Position numbers and translations under genes: made by a program | The notes under the pieces: generated by a model | What the model saw: the letters and a program-made list of their open reading frames with translations, nothing else | Databases searched by the model: none | Told to the model about the DNA's origin: nothing | In this document: positions 38,462 through 47,929 of the stretch, piece after piece | Layout: each line of letters starts with the position of its first letter | Numbering within the stretch: position 1 is the first letter of the stretch | NCBI GenBank assembly: GCA_963812015.1 | Contig: CAWETI010000002.1 | Location: forward strand, 704,001 to 768,000 | Direction: 5' to 3' | DNA length: 64,000 nt | From: an uncultured delta proteobacterium | GTDB lineage: Bacteria; Desulfobacterota; Desulfobaccia; Desulfobaccales; 0-14-0-80-60-11

Positions 38462-39334
38462 CTATAAGCTCTCCAGGACCCGGGCCAGATGGTCTAGGTA
38501 GATGTTTACTATCTCTTTCTGGTCTCCCAGCCCCCGGCGAATTCCTTCGACCTGATAGTGTCCCATCTTCAGCAGCTCGGATTTCCAACTATCCGGGCCA
38601 CTTCCCAAAATATCATTTTGCACGTGATCGCCGGCCACCAGGAGAAATGGCATAAGAACCACAGAGGTGGCGCCGGACCGTTTAACTTCCTCCAGCACCT
38701 CCTCCTTCCCGGGCTTTTGAAATTCCACCAGGCCGAAGAATACCTTTCCATCGGGATAACGGGAGCGCAATAGCTTGGCGAAGGAGGCATAGGTTGCCTG
38801 CGCTTTAGGGTCAGGACTGCCATGCCCCACCAGCACCACGGCGGTTTTCTTCAAGTCCGGGGGAAATTCCTTGGACAGGACTTCGAGAACTCTCATCTCG
38901 TCAGCATTACTGCTGAGCAAAGGTTTGCCCACGGCGACAGTCAGCCCGGGAACTTCCCGGCTTTGTTTTACCACCCCTTCCCATTCTTTGCCCGGGGCCA
39001 GATGAAATGATTGAATGGCAATCTTGGTATAACCTTCGTTTTTCAGGTCCTGAAGTACTTCAGGCAGGCTTTTCAGTTCTTTGTGCTGCTCTTCCTTCAC
39101 CTTGTGGCGTACCTTCTTGGAGGTAAAGGCCCAACGGATTTCATAGCCGGGAAAACGCTCTTTGACCTGGTTGTCGATCTTGTCATAAGTGGGAAAGGCG
39201 TTGGTGGTGGTGCCAAAGGCCGCCAACACGATGGCGGGTTTTGCCGTGGACGCGGCGCGCAGCGCCCCGGGAGCACTGATCATTGCGAGGCAAAGTGCTG
39301 CAATGAACCACCCAAACTTGATCCGCTTAACCAT
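38462..39334 (-). CDS. cbiK: Sirohydrochlorin cobaltochelatase CbiK with signal peptide (periplasmic CbiKP type)
   Basis: AIVLAAFGTT, RWAFTS, QSFHLAPG.E, VGHGS, PFLLVAGDHVQND; hydrophobic N-terminus. Confidence 0.88.
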   Translation of the reverse strand: MVKRIKFGWFIAALCLAMISAPGALRAASTAKPAIVLAAFGTTTNAFPTYDKIDNQVKERFPGYEIRWAFTSKKVRHKVKEEQHKELKSLPEVLQDLKNEGYTKIAIQSFHLAPGKEWEGVVKQSREVPGLTVAVGKPLLSSNADEMRVLEVLSKEFPPDLKKTAVVLVGHGSPDPKAQATYASFAKLLRSRYPDGKVFFGLVEFQKPGKEEVLEEVKRSGATSVVLMPFLLVAGDHVQNDILGSGPDSWKSELLKMGHYQVEGIRRGLGDQKEIVNIYLDHLARVLESL

Positions 39335-39471
39335 GTCGCTCTCCTTTATTGCGGGTTTTTTTGCACAAAAAAAAATCCTTAAGTCACAAAGACTTAAGGA
39401 TTGCACCCAGCTTCTTTATCCTTAGACGCGGCTTCTCGCCCGCTAGACCTCGTAGGGGCTCAAGCCTTCTC

Positions 39472-39632
39472 CCGGGCAGGTCTTCTGACTTCCGGATCCT
39501 CCTACTTCCTGCGCCTTCCCATCTCGCTTCGGTGAGACAGTGGCCTTGCAGGTTTCGTCCCCGGTTACAGCGGCGGGACCGTGCCGGTTTTGCACCGGCT
39601 TCCCTATTATACCCTATATGGGCACCAGAAAA
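39472..39632 (-). ncRNA. Cobalamin riboswitch
   Basis: Minus strand GGTGCCC...AATAGGGAAGCCGGTGCAAAACCGGCACGGTCCCGCCGCTGTAA...GCCACTG...GGGAAGG...AAGTCAGAAGACCTGCC, upstream of cbiK. Confidence 0.95.
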
Positions 39633-39941
39633 TTATGAAGCACAATATATATGTCCTCATGCCGGATGTCAAGGGAAAAAATCCCAGGCTCCCCAACCTC
39701 ACCATGACATATTCTCATCAATAATTAAGGCGCCCCCAATCCGGAATCAATCAGAGCGTACTCCTTTAAGACGGGGCCGTTAAAGCTCTGATTTGATTTA
39801 CTCACAACCTCCGCGGCTGAAGATTTTTCCCTTCCAGGCCTTTGGTTATTTTAAAGGGGTTAAGTAAAATTCTCTAATTGCCGAAAAGGGTTTTAGATTC
39901 CTTGGGAAAACCGGCAGCGCCGTAATCCCCCGCACACTTTT

Positions 39942-40982
39942 ATGATCGACAAGGAACTCGACCATGGTCGTGCAGCTCTCCAAACGATGATGAACACCGC
40001 AGAGTCCAACATCAGGGTCTTGGTGGTGGAGGATAACCCCGCCGATTTCCGACTGATCCAGGAGATGCTGGGAACTCCCAGCCCGGTGCGGTTCCAGATG
40101 GACAATGTGCCCCGGCTGGAAGAAGCCCTGGGGCGCCTGGAGGTAACCCGTTACGATGTAACGCTTCTGGAGCTCAACCTGCCGGACCAGCACGGGTTGG
40201 ATACCTTTTTAAAGCTGTCGGCGCGCTTTCCCGAGGCGGCTATTATCGTGCTCACCGGCATGGCGGATGAAGACTTGGGGCTCAAAACGGTGCAAAAAGG
40301 GGCCCAGGATTTTCTGGTCAAGAGTTGCGTCGACGGCGATCTCCTCAGCAAATCCATCAGATTCGCCATCGAACGGCATCACTCCCGGATGGAACTGGTC
40401 AGGGGCGCCTTGATTGATGACCTCACCGGCCTGTATAACCGGCGCGGGTTTTTCTCCCTGGCCGAACAGCAGATGAAATTGGCCAGACGCAGCCGAAAAG
40501 AGTTCCTCCTGATATCCGGAGATCTGGATGGGATGAAATGGATTAACGATACGTTCGGCCATCCGGCCGGAGACCAGGCGTTGATTGATACCGCCATGAT
40601 CCTCCAGGGAATCTTTCGCCAGTCGGACATCGTGGCCCGGATCGGAGGAGACGAATTTGTCATCCTGATGAACGATGCGGCCCATACAGAGATTGACACC
40701 CTCATGGGGCGCTGCGCCGGGCAATTCGAAAAGTATAATCAACTTCACCCCGACAAGCCCTATGCTTTGTCTTTGAGTCTGGGGGCGGTGGCCTTCGATC
40801 CCCAAAACCCCGGCTCAGTGGAAGAATTACTCTGGCAGGCGGATATTAAATTATACGAAATGAAACGGGGAAAAAATAACCTTCCGGCCGCAGGCAGTCA
40901 GGGGAAAATGGCGTATGGATTCAGCCTGCCTCAGAATTCTTCTCAGCCAAGACCACTCTTGCCGATCTCAGGTTTAAGATAA
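39942..40982 (+). CDS. Receiver-GGDEF diguanylate cyclase (start may be 39987)
   Basis: VLVVEDN receiver domain; DDLTGLYNRR; RQSD I-site; GGDEF. Confidence 0.9.
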   Translation: MIDKELDHGRAALQTMMNTAESNIRVLVVEDNPADFRLIQEMLGTPSPVRFQMDNVPRLEEALGRLEVTRYDVTLLELNLPDQHGLDTFLKLSARFPEAAIIVLTGMADEDLGLKTVQKGAQDFLVKSCVDGDLLSKSIRFAIERHHSRMELVRGALIDDLTGLYNRRGFFSLAEQQMKLARRSRKEFLLISGDLDGMKWINDTFGHPAGDQALIDTAMILQGIFRQSDIVARIGGDEFVILMNDAAHTEIDTLMGRCAGQFEKYNQLHPDKPYALSLSLGAVAFDPQNPGSVEELLWQADIKLYEMKRGKNNLPAAGSQGKMAYGFSLPQNSSQPRPLLPISGLR

Positions 40983-40998
40983 TTTCATTTAATAATGA

Positions 40999-41132
40999 GA
41001 ACCTAGTTCAAAATCTCGAATACTTCTTAAATGTCATTCTGATTGAGCTAAGCGAAGAATCTATTCATTTCAAATCCATAGACCCTTCGCTGCGCTCAGG
41101 GTGACAGAAAAATAGGTTTTGAAAGAGGTTGT
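40999..41132. repeat. Nested palindromic/MITE-like element
   Basis: Inner TGTCATTCTGA...GCGAAG / CTTCGC..GCTCAGGGTGACA at 41032-41106; outer AACCT..TTCAAAA / TTTTGAA..AGGTT. Confidence 0.55.
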
Positions 41133-41146
41133 AGTGAGCGGTTAGA

Positions 41147-41220
41147 TGGCTGGGGGACTAGGATTCGAACCTAGATCAGCGGCGCCAAAGGCCGCTGTCC
41201 TGCCATTGGACGATCCCCCA
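41147..41220 (-). tRNA. tRNA-Gln(TTG)
   Basis: TGGGGGATCGTCCAATGGCAGGACAGCGGC-CTTTGGC-GCCGCTGATCTAGGTTCGAATCCTAGTCCCCCAGCCA forms a complete cloverleaf. Confidence 0.95.
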
Positions 41221-41473
41221 GTATGGGCTGGCGCAAAATGCTCGGGTCCGCAACCTCGGCCGCGGACCACTTTCCAAGAAATTATAATAATTATCCCCTC
41301 GGCCACGCAAGTATTTTGTCCGGTGCAGCCCCTCCATCGCCCCCATCTCTTGCCGATGCGCCAGTTTTCCTCCCTGGAGGCGGGAAATCCTCACGCCATA
41401 AATGGCTTTACGTTTTCGTTAATTTTTTTTATACTAATATGTGAATACTTTCACAGTGAGGGGGACGCGAATC

Positions 41474-42223
41474 GTGAGCTTTATCATCGCCATGGCCGGC
41501 AAAGGCGGCACCGGCAAGACCACCGTGGCTGGCATGCTGTTGCGCTACCTATTGGAACACGGCAAAAAACCGGTGCTGGCGGTGGACGCCGACGCCAACA
41601 GTAATCTCAACGAAGTCCTGGGGCTCGAAGTGGAGAGCAGCGTCGGCGCGGCCCGGGAAGAGATGAAAAAAAGCGGCGGCATGGTGGATATGACCAAAGA
41701 CCAGCTCATCGAAATGCGCATCAACCAGTGCCTGGTAGAGGCCGACGGCTTCGACCTGATCGCCATGGGCCAGCCGGAAGGCCCCGGCTGTTACTGCGCC
41801 GCCAACCACCTGGTGGCCCGTTTCATGGAGGTCCTGGGGAAAAATTATCCCTACATCCTGATGGACAACGAAGCGGGCATGGAGCACATGAGCCGGCTTA
41901 CCACCAATAAGGTGGACCTCTTGGTCCTGGTGAGCGACCCCTCCTGGCGGGGCATCCAGGCGGCCCGGCGCCTCAAGGATCTGGCCCAGGCCCTGAAAGT
42001 CGTGGTGGGCCGTCCCGTGCTCATCGTCAACCGGGTGAGCAAAGGGTGCAGCCCCAGAACTACCGAGGAAATCGCTACCCAAGGCCTCGAACTGGCCGGT
42101 TTGATCCCCGAAGATCCTCAGCTGGCGGAGTTCGATAGCGAGGGCCGTCCGACATTCTCCCTGCCGGCTGATTCACCAGCATTAAAAGGTGCTTACGCCA
42201 TTTTCGACCGGTTGTTTACTTAA
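41474..42223 (+). CDS. cooC: CooC/AcsF nickel-insertion ATPase
   Basis: GKGGTGKTT, DADAN, GCYC and DNEAGMEH motifs. Confidence 0.92.
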   Translation: MSFIIAMAGKGGTGKTTVAGMLLRYLLEHGKKPVLAVDADANSNLNEVLGLEVESSVGAAREEMKKSGGMVDMTKDQLIEMRINQCLVEADGFDLIAMGQPEGPGCYCAANHLVARFMEVLGKNYPYILMDNEAGMEHMSRLTTNKVDLLVLVSDPSWRGIQAARRLKDLAQALKVVVGRPVLIVNRVSKGCSPRTTEEIATQGLELAGLIPEDPQLAEFDSEGRPTFSLPADSPALKGAYAIFDRLFT

Positions 42224-42369
42224 GTTCATAACCAACTATCCCCCCGGGCGTGATTTTTTGCTTGACAGGTTGCCCAATAAATTATTATTTTCACAATGTT
42301 TATACCTCCGCATTTCAAGACTAAAGTTAACATGCCGGCAATTCCGGAAAAATTAAGGAGGGAACTACC

Positions 42370-43317
42370 TTGGCGTTTGAAATTCCCCAACAGAAGTATT
42401 CTGGCGCGATTAAAACGGTAACTATCGGCAAAGGCGATAAAGCCATCACTCTGGGAGGAGAGACCTCCTACCCCTTCTATCTGTTTGAGGGGGCAATGCC
42501 CAACAAACCCCGGATTGCCATGGAAGTATGGGACAAGGATCCGGGCGCGGATTGGGCCGCCCCGGCGTACGCGGCCATCAAAGATGTGGCTAAGGACCCC
42601 GTGGCCTGGGCCCAGAAGTGCGTCAAGGAATTTGGCGCCGAAGCCATCGGCCTGATCCTGGTGAGCACCGATCCCAACGGCGACAACGCCTCGGCGGAAG
42701 CGGCCGCGGCCACGGCCAAGAAGGTACTGGCCGCCATCGATGTGCCGTTGATCGTCTACGGCACCGCCAACGTGGAGAAGGACGCGGAAGTGCTGCCCGC
42801 CGTAGCCGAGGCCTGCGCCGACAAGAGCATTACCCTCGGCCCGGTGCAGGATAAGAACTACAAGAAGATCGGCGCCGCGGCCCTGGCTTACAACCACTCG
42901 GTGTCGGCCAACTCGCCCATCGACGTCAACCTGGCCAAACAGTTGAACATTCTCCTGGGCCAGTTGGGCGTTAAAGACAGCCAGATCCTGGTGGATCCCA
43001 CCACCGGCGGCCTGGGCTACGGTATGGAATATTCCTATTCCGTCATCGAGCGTGACCGCATGGCCGCCCTCACCCAGGAAGATGACAAGCTGCAGTCCCC
43101 CATCCTCAACTACGTCGGTCAAGAAGTGTGGAAAGTGAAGGAGTGCAGGCAGACCAACGAAGAGGCGCCGCAACTGGGCGACCAGACCAAGCGGGGCATC
43201 CTGATGGAAGCCATCACCGCGGTGGACCTGCTCTTGGCCGGGAGCGATCTGCTCATCATGCGCCATCCGGAATCGGTGAAAATGGTAAAAAAAGTTATCC
43301 AGGAACTGGCCGGCTAA
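42370..43317 (+). CDS. acsD: Corrinoid iron-sulfur protein small subunit
   Basis: SPIDVNLAKQLN and DPTTGGLGYGMEY motifs. Confidence 0.93.
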   Translation: MAFEIPQQKYSGAIKTVTIGKGDKAITLGGETSYPFYLFEGAMPNKPRIAMEVWDKDPGADWAAPAYAAIKDVAKDPVAWAQKCVKEFGAEAIGLILVSTDPNGDNASAEAAAATAKKVLAAIDVPLIVYGTANVEKDAEVLPAVAEACADKSITLGPVQDKNYKKIGAAALAYNHSVSANSPIDVNLAKQLNILLGQLGVKDSQILVDPTTGGLGYGMEYSYSVIERDRMAALTQEDDKLQSPILNYVGQEVWKVKECRQTNEEAPQLGDQTKRGILMEAITAVDLLLAGSDLLIMRHPESVKMVKKVIQELAG

Positions 43318-43472
43318 GGCGACGCTGCACCTGGATCAAATTATTCTTGTTTTCTCAGAGCTCAGCCCCTTAAGCCAATCGCGGTACCTGTCCAACTTCC
43401 GGGTATGGGGCTCTGTTGCCAAGGGGGGCCATGAAGGTCATCCCTAAAAGTAAGAAACTGGAGGAAAAATTA

Positions 43473-45488
43473 ATGGCAGAGTTAGAGTTAGGAAAACTAT
43501 CCATCGACCCCGCGACCCAAGAGATGCTGAAGAAGGCCCAGGCGGACGGTATTGAAACCATTTGGGATCGGGCCGCGGCCATGAAGCCCTGCCCCATCGG
43601 GGCTGAGGGCGCCTGCTGCCGCATCTGCGCCCAGGGTCCCTGCCGGGTGCCCCCGCCCAAGAAGAAGGAAGGCGAGACCACCGCGGAGAAGAAGCAGCGC
43701 ATGGGCCTGTGCGGCGCCACCGCCGAGACCATCGTGGCCCGGAACTTCGCCCGCATGGTCTGCGCCGGGTCCGCCTCCCACAACGACCATTCCCGGGGCG
43801 TAGCCAAACTGTTCAAGGAAGTGGCCTTGGGCAAGGCCCAGGGCTACCAGCTCAAAGACGTAGCCAAGCTGCGCCGGATCGCCAAGGATTGGGACGTGGC
43901 CACCACCGAGGGCGAGGGCGATGATGCCAAGCCCCGCACCAAGGAAGCCATCGCCCTGGAAATGGCCGATAAGATTTTGTTGGAGTTCGGCCAGCAGGAC
44001 GGCGAACTCACCAACATCAAGCGGGCCCCCAAGAAACGCCAGGAACTGTGGCGGAAATACGGCATCGTGCCCCGGGGCTGCGACATCGAGATCGTGGAAC
44101 TGATGCACCGCACCCACATGGGCGTGGACCAGGACTACCACAACCTCATCAAGCAGTGCAGCCGCACCGCCCTCTCCGATGGGTGGGGCGGTTCCATGAT
44201 CTCCACCGACCTCCAGGACGTCATCTTCGGCTGTCCGGTGCCGGTGGCCGGCGAAATCAACCTGGGCGTCCTCAAAGAGGACCATGTCAATATCATCATC
44301 CACGGCCATGAGCCGGTACTGCCGGAGATGATCTACGTGGCCTCCCAGGAGCCGGAGCTGCTCCAGTACGCCCAGAACAAGGGCGCCAAGGGCATCCAGC
44401 TGGCCGGCATGTGCTGCTCCGCCAACGAGATCCTCATGCGCCACGGCATTCCCATTGCCGGCAACTACCTCCAGCAGGAGCTGGCCATCATCACCGGGGC
44501 GGTGGACGCCATGGTGGTGGACGTGCAGTGCATCATGGAATCCCTGGCCAACGTGGCCAAGTGCTACCACACCAAGCTGATCACCACCGACCCCCGGGCC
44601 CGGATGACCGGGGAAACCATGCACATCCCCTTTGACGATCATCATGCCCTGGACATCGCCCGCCAGGTGGTCCGGGAAGCCATCGACAACTTCCCCAACC
44701 GCAAGGCCCCGGTAATGATCCCGGCGGCCCACACCCCCACGGTGGTGGGCTTCAGCTACGAGACCATCCAGTATCTGCTGGGCGGCTCCATCCGGGGCTC
44801 CTACTACACCCTGAACGACAACGTCATCAACGGCCGGATTCGGGGCGTGGCCGGCGTGGTGGGCTGCAACAACTGCCGCACCACCCATGACAGCTCCCAT
44901 CTGACCCTCATCAAGGAACTGATTAAGAATGACGTCATCGTGCTGTCCACCGGCTGCTCCGCCATGGCCGCCGGCAAGTACGGCCTGCTGACGCCGGAGG
45001 CCGCTAAGTTCTGCGGCCCGGGTCTGGCTGAGATCTGCGAGACCGTGGGCATCCCGCCGGTGCTGCACATGGGGTCCTGCGTGGACAACTCCCGCATCCT
45101 GATGGCGGCCACCGCCTGCGTCAAGGCCGGCGGCCTGGGCACCGACATCAGCGATCTGCCCGCCGCGGGCGCGGCGCCGGAGTGGATGTCTGAAAAGGCC
45201 ATCGCCATCGGCCAGTACTTCGTGGCCTCGGGGGTGTACACCCTCTTCGGCGTCACCTGGCCCACCACCGGCTCCGAGATCTTGACCGACTACCTGTTCA
45301 AGGGCATCGAAGAAGAGCTGGGCGGCAAGTGGGACTTCGAAGCCGATCCGGAACTGATGGCCAAGAAGATGATCGCCCACATCGACCTCAAGCGTAAAGC
45401 CCTGGGCATCGACAAGGCCCGGGAGCGGGTCCTCTACGACATGGATATGCGCCGGGAAATGGCAGAGGCCGCCGCCGCCGAGCATTAA
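43473..45488 (+). CDS. cooS: Anaerobic [NiFe] carbon monoxide dehydrogenase catalytic subunit
   Basis: CCRICAQGPC, HGHEP, GMCCSANE, DVQC, GCNN, GSCVDN and MSEKA motifs. Confidence 0.95.
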   Translation: MAELELGKLSIDPATQEMLKKAQADGIETIWDRAAAMKPCPIGAEGACCRICAQGPCRVPPPKKKEGETTAEKKQRMGLCGATAETIVARNFARMVCAGSASHNDHSRGVAKLFKEVALGKAQGYQLKDVAKLRRIAKDWDVATTEGEGDDAKPRTKEAIALEMADKILLEFGQQDGELTNIKRAPKKRQELWRKYGIVPRGCDIEIVELMHRTHMGVDQDYHNLIKQCSRTALSDGWGGSMISTDLQDVIFGCPVPVAGEINLGVLKEDHVNIIIHGHEPVLPEMIYVASQEPELLQYAQNKGAKGIQLAGMCCSANEILMRHGIPIAGNYLQQELAIITGAVDAMVVDVQCIMESLANVAKCYHTKLITTDPRARMTGETMHIPFDDHHALDIARQVVREAIDNFPNRKAPVMIPAAHTPTVVGFSYETIQYLLGGSIRGSYYTLNDNVINGRIRGVAGVVGCNNCRTTHDSSHLTLIKELIKNDVIVLSTGCSAMAAGKYGLLTPEAAKFCGPGLAEICETVGIPPVLHMGSCVDNSRILMAATACVKAGGLGTDISDLPAAGAAPEWMSEKAIAIGQYFVASGVYTLFGVTWPTTGSEILTDYLFKGIEEELGGKWDFEADPELMAKKMIAHIDLKRKALGIDKARERVLYDMDMRREMAEAAAAEH

Positions 45489-45572
45489 GAATCAACGGGA
45501 CTGCCCTGCCACGAAGGCAGGGCGGTCCATCGCAGTTAATTTCCTTTACGAAAAAGGAAGGAGGAAGATACA

Positions 45573-47804
45573 GTGTCGAAAATCATCATTTCCGCAGCTA
45601 TCCGCGGGGCTCACAAGATCGTTGACAAGTGCGCGGCCAAGTTGGACGAGGCCATTCAAAAATATGGTGAAAAGCAGGAAATCGGCTTCCCCAATACCGC
45701 ATATTATCTCCCCATCATCTACTCCCTGATGGGCACCAAGATCGAGAAGCTCAAAGACGCCGTCCCCGTCATGGCGCGCTGCAAAGCCTTGCTGCCGCCG
45801 GTCCCGGCCGAGCACAACTACCTGCCCTATCTTGGACCCGGCCTGGACGCCGGTCTGGCCACTCTGTTCGCCGAGGAAATCTCTGAGGCCATCCGCTACG
45901 TGGAAGACCCCAATTTCTACGTGGGCGGGGAAGAAGTTTTCAGCAAAGGTGACAAGAATATCTGGCTGGGCGCCGCGGAAGACACCATCTTCCGGAAACG
46001 CGGCGTCGAGTTCGTCGACGGTTCCGCCCCGGGGTTCGCCGCCATCGTCGGCGCTGCCCCCTCGGTGCAGGAAGCCGTGGACCTGGTAACGGAATATCAG
46101 AAGAAGAACCTCTACATCTTCTGTGCCGCTAAGTCCATCGACGGCAAGACCTCGGTGCCCGAGCAGCTCCTGGAAGGCGGCGTGCAGATCGGCTGGCCTA
46201 CCCGGATCGTGCCCTTCAGCCCGGATATCGCCGGGGCGGTCTTCGCCCTGGGCTTCGCCAACCGGGCTGCCATGGCCTTCGGCGGTGTGAAGCCCGGCGC
46301 CGCCCTGAAGATGCTCTTGTACAACAAGGACCGCATCTTCGCGTTCGTTAATGCAGTATCCGAGATCTCCGACGAATGGTACGCCAACGCCGCGGGTTGT
46401 ATCAACTGGGGCTTCCCCACCATCACCAACCAGAACATCCCCCAGGTGCTGCCCACCGGTATCTGCACCTATGAACACGTAGTCAGCAACGTGCCCATGG
46501 CGGAGTTGGGCCAGAAGTCCATCGAAGTCCGGGGCCTCAAGGTCCAGGTCACCGAGATCGACATCCCGGTGAACTTCGGCGCTGCCTTCGAAGGTGAGCG
46601 GGTCCGGAAAGACGACCTCTACGCCGAGTGCGGCGGTGGCAAGACCCAGGCGGTGGAGCTGGTAACCAGCAAACGCATGGACGAAGTGGAGGATGGCAAG
46701 GTGGAAGTCTTCGGTCCGGATCTCCCCGACCTGCCCCAGGACAAAATCCCCATGCGCCTGCCCCTGGCGGTGGTGGTGGAAGTGGCCGGCCGGGCCTTCC
46801 AGCCCGACTTCGAGCCCATCCTGGAGCGGCAGATTCACCACCTGGTGAACTACGCCCAGGGCGTCATGCACATCGGGCAGCGGGACATCGCCTGGTACCG
46901 CATCGGCAAGGCCGCGGTGGAAAAGGGCTTCAGCCTGAAACACATCGGCACCATTCTGCACGCCAAATACCACCAGGACTTCGGCGCGATCTTCGATAAA
47001 TGCCAGATTAAGATCTATACCGAGAAAGACAAGGTGGACGAAATCACCAAGCTGGCCCGGAAGGTTTACCATGAGCGTGACGCCCGGGTGGAAAACATGC
47101 GGGACGAAACCACCGAGACCTACTACTCCTGCACCCTGTGCCAGTCCTTCGCCCCCAACCATGTCTGCGTGGTCAGCCCGGAGCGTACCGGCCTGTGCGG
47201 CGCCTACAACTGGATGGACTGCAAAGCCTCAAATGAAATCAACCCCACCGGCCCCAACCAGCCCATCCAGAAAGGTCAAGTCCTGGATGAGAAGTATGGC
47301 ATGTGGCAGGGAGTCAACGATTTCGTGTTCAAGGCCTCCCGCCAAAAGGTGGAAAAATACAACTTCTACAGCCTAGTCTATGACCCCATGACCACCTGCG
47401 GCTGCTGCGAGGCCATCTCCGCAGTACTGCCCATGTGTAACGGTATCATGACGGTCAACCGGGACTACACCGGTGAAACCCCCTGCGGGATGAAGTTCAC
47501 CACTCTGGCCGGCGTCATCGGCGGCGGCCAAGTCACCCCGGGCTTTGTGGGCCACAGCAAGTACAACGTTTGCCAGCGGAAATTCATCAAAGGCGACGGC
47601 GGACTGAAGCGGGTGGTCTGGATGCCCAAAATCCTGAAAGACGAACTCCGGGAACAGCTCCTGAAGCGGGGCGAGGAAGAAGGGATGCCCGATCTGCTCG
47701 ATCGCATTGCCGATGAGACGGTGGGCGTCACCGAAGACGAAATCCTGGCCTTCCTGACGGAAAAGAAACACCCGGCTCTGGAAATGGACCCCATTATCGG
47801 TTAA
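45573..47804 (+). CDS. acsB: Acetyl-CoA synthase
   Basis: FPNTAYYLP, CTLCQSFAPNHVC...GLCG and PMTTCGCCE motifs. Confidence 0.95.
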   Translation: MSKIIISAAIRGAHKIVDKCAAKLDEAIQKYGEKQEIGFPNTAYYLPIIYSLMGTKIEKLKDAVPVMARCKALLPPVPAEHNYLPYLGPGLDAGLATLFAEEISEAIRYVEDPNFYVGGEEVFSKGDKNIWLGAAEDTIFRKRGVEFVDGSAPGFAAIVGAAPSVQEAVDLVTEYQKKNLYIFCAAKSIDGKTSVPEQLLEGGVQIGWPTRIVPFSPDIAGAVFALGFANRAAMAFGGVKPGAALKMLLYNKDRIFAFVNAVSEISDEWYANAAGCINWGFPTITNQNIPQVLPTGICTYEHVVSNVPMAELGQKSIEVRGLKVQVTEIDIPVNFGAAFEGERVRKDDLYAECGGGKTQAVELVTSKRMDEVEDGKVEVFGPDLPDLPQDKIPMRLPLAVVVEVAGRAFQPDFEPILERQIHHLVNYAQGVMHIGQRDIAWYRIGKAAVEKGFSLKHIGTILHAKYHQDFGAIFDKCQIKIYTEKDKVDEITKLARKVYHERDARVENMRDETTETYYSCTLCQSFAPNHVCVVSPERTGLCGAYNWMDCKASNEINPTGPNQPIQKGQVLDEKYGMWQGVNDFVFKASRQKVEKYNFYSLVYDPMTTCGCCEAISAVLPMCNGIMTVNRDYTGETPCGMKFTTLAGVIGGGQVTPGFVGHSKYNVCQRKFIKGDGGLKRVVWMPKILKDELREQLLKRGEEEGMPDLLDRIADETVGVTEDEILAFLTEKKHPALEMDPIIG

Positions 47805-47929
47805 CCTCTACGGGGCCTGGAGGTGCGCCCCTCCAGGCCCTTGCTTGATTTCAGGTCCCGGCGGTACGGGACATGCCAGCCCGGTAAAGACCCCCGTGGG
47901 CCACCCAGCCATGGATAAGGAGAGAGACA

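Noticed and set aside
41146..41604. 152-aa ORF beginning MAGGLGFEPRSAAPKAAVLPLDDPP
   Set aside because: This is the antisense reading of tRNA-Gln.
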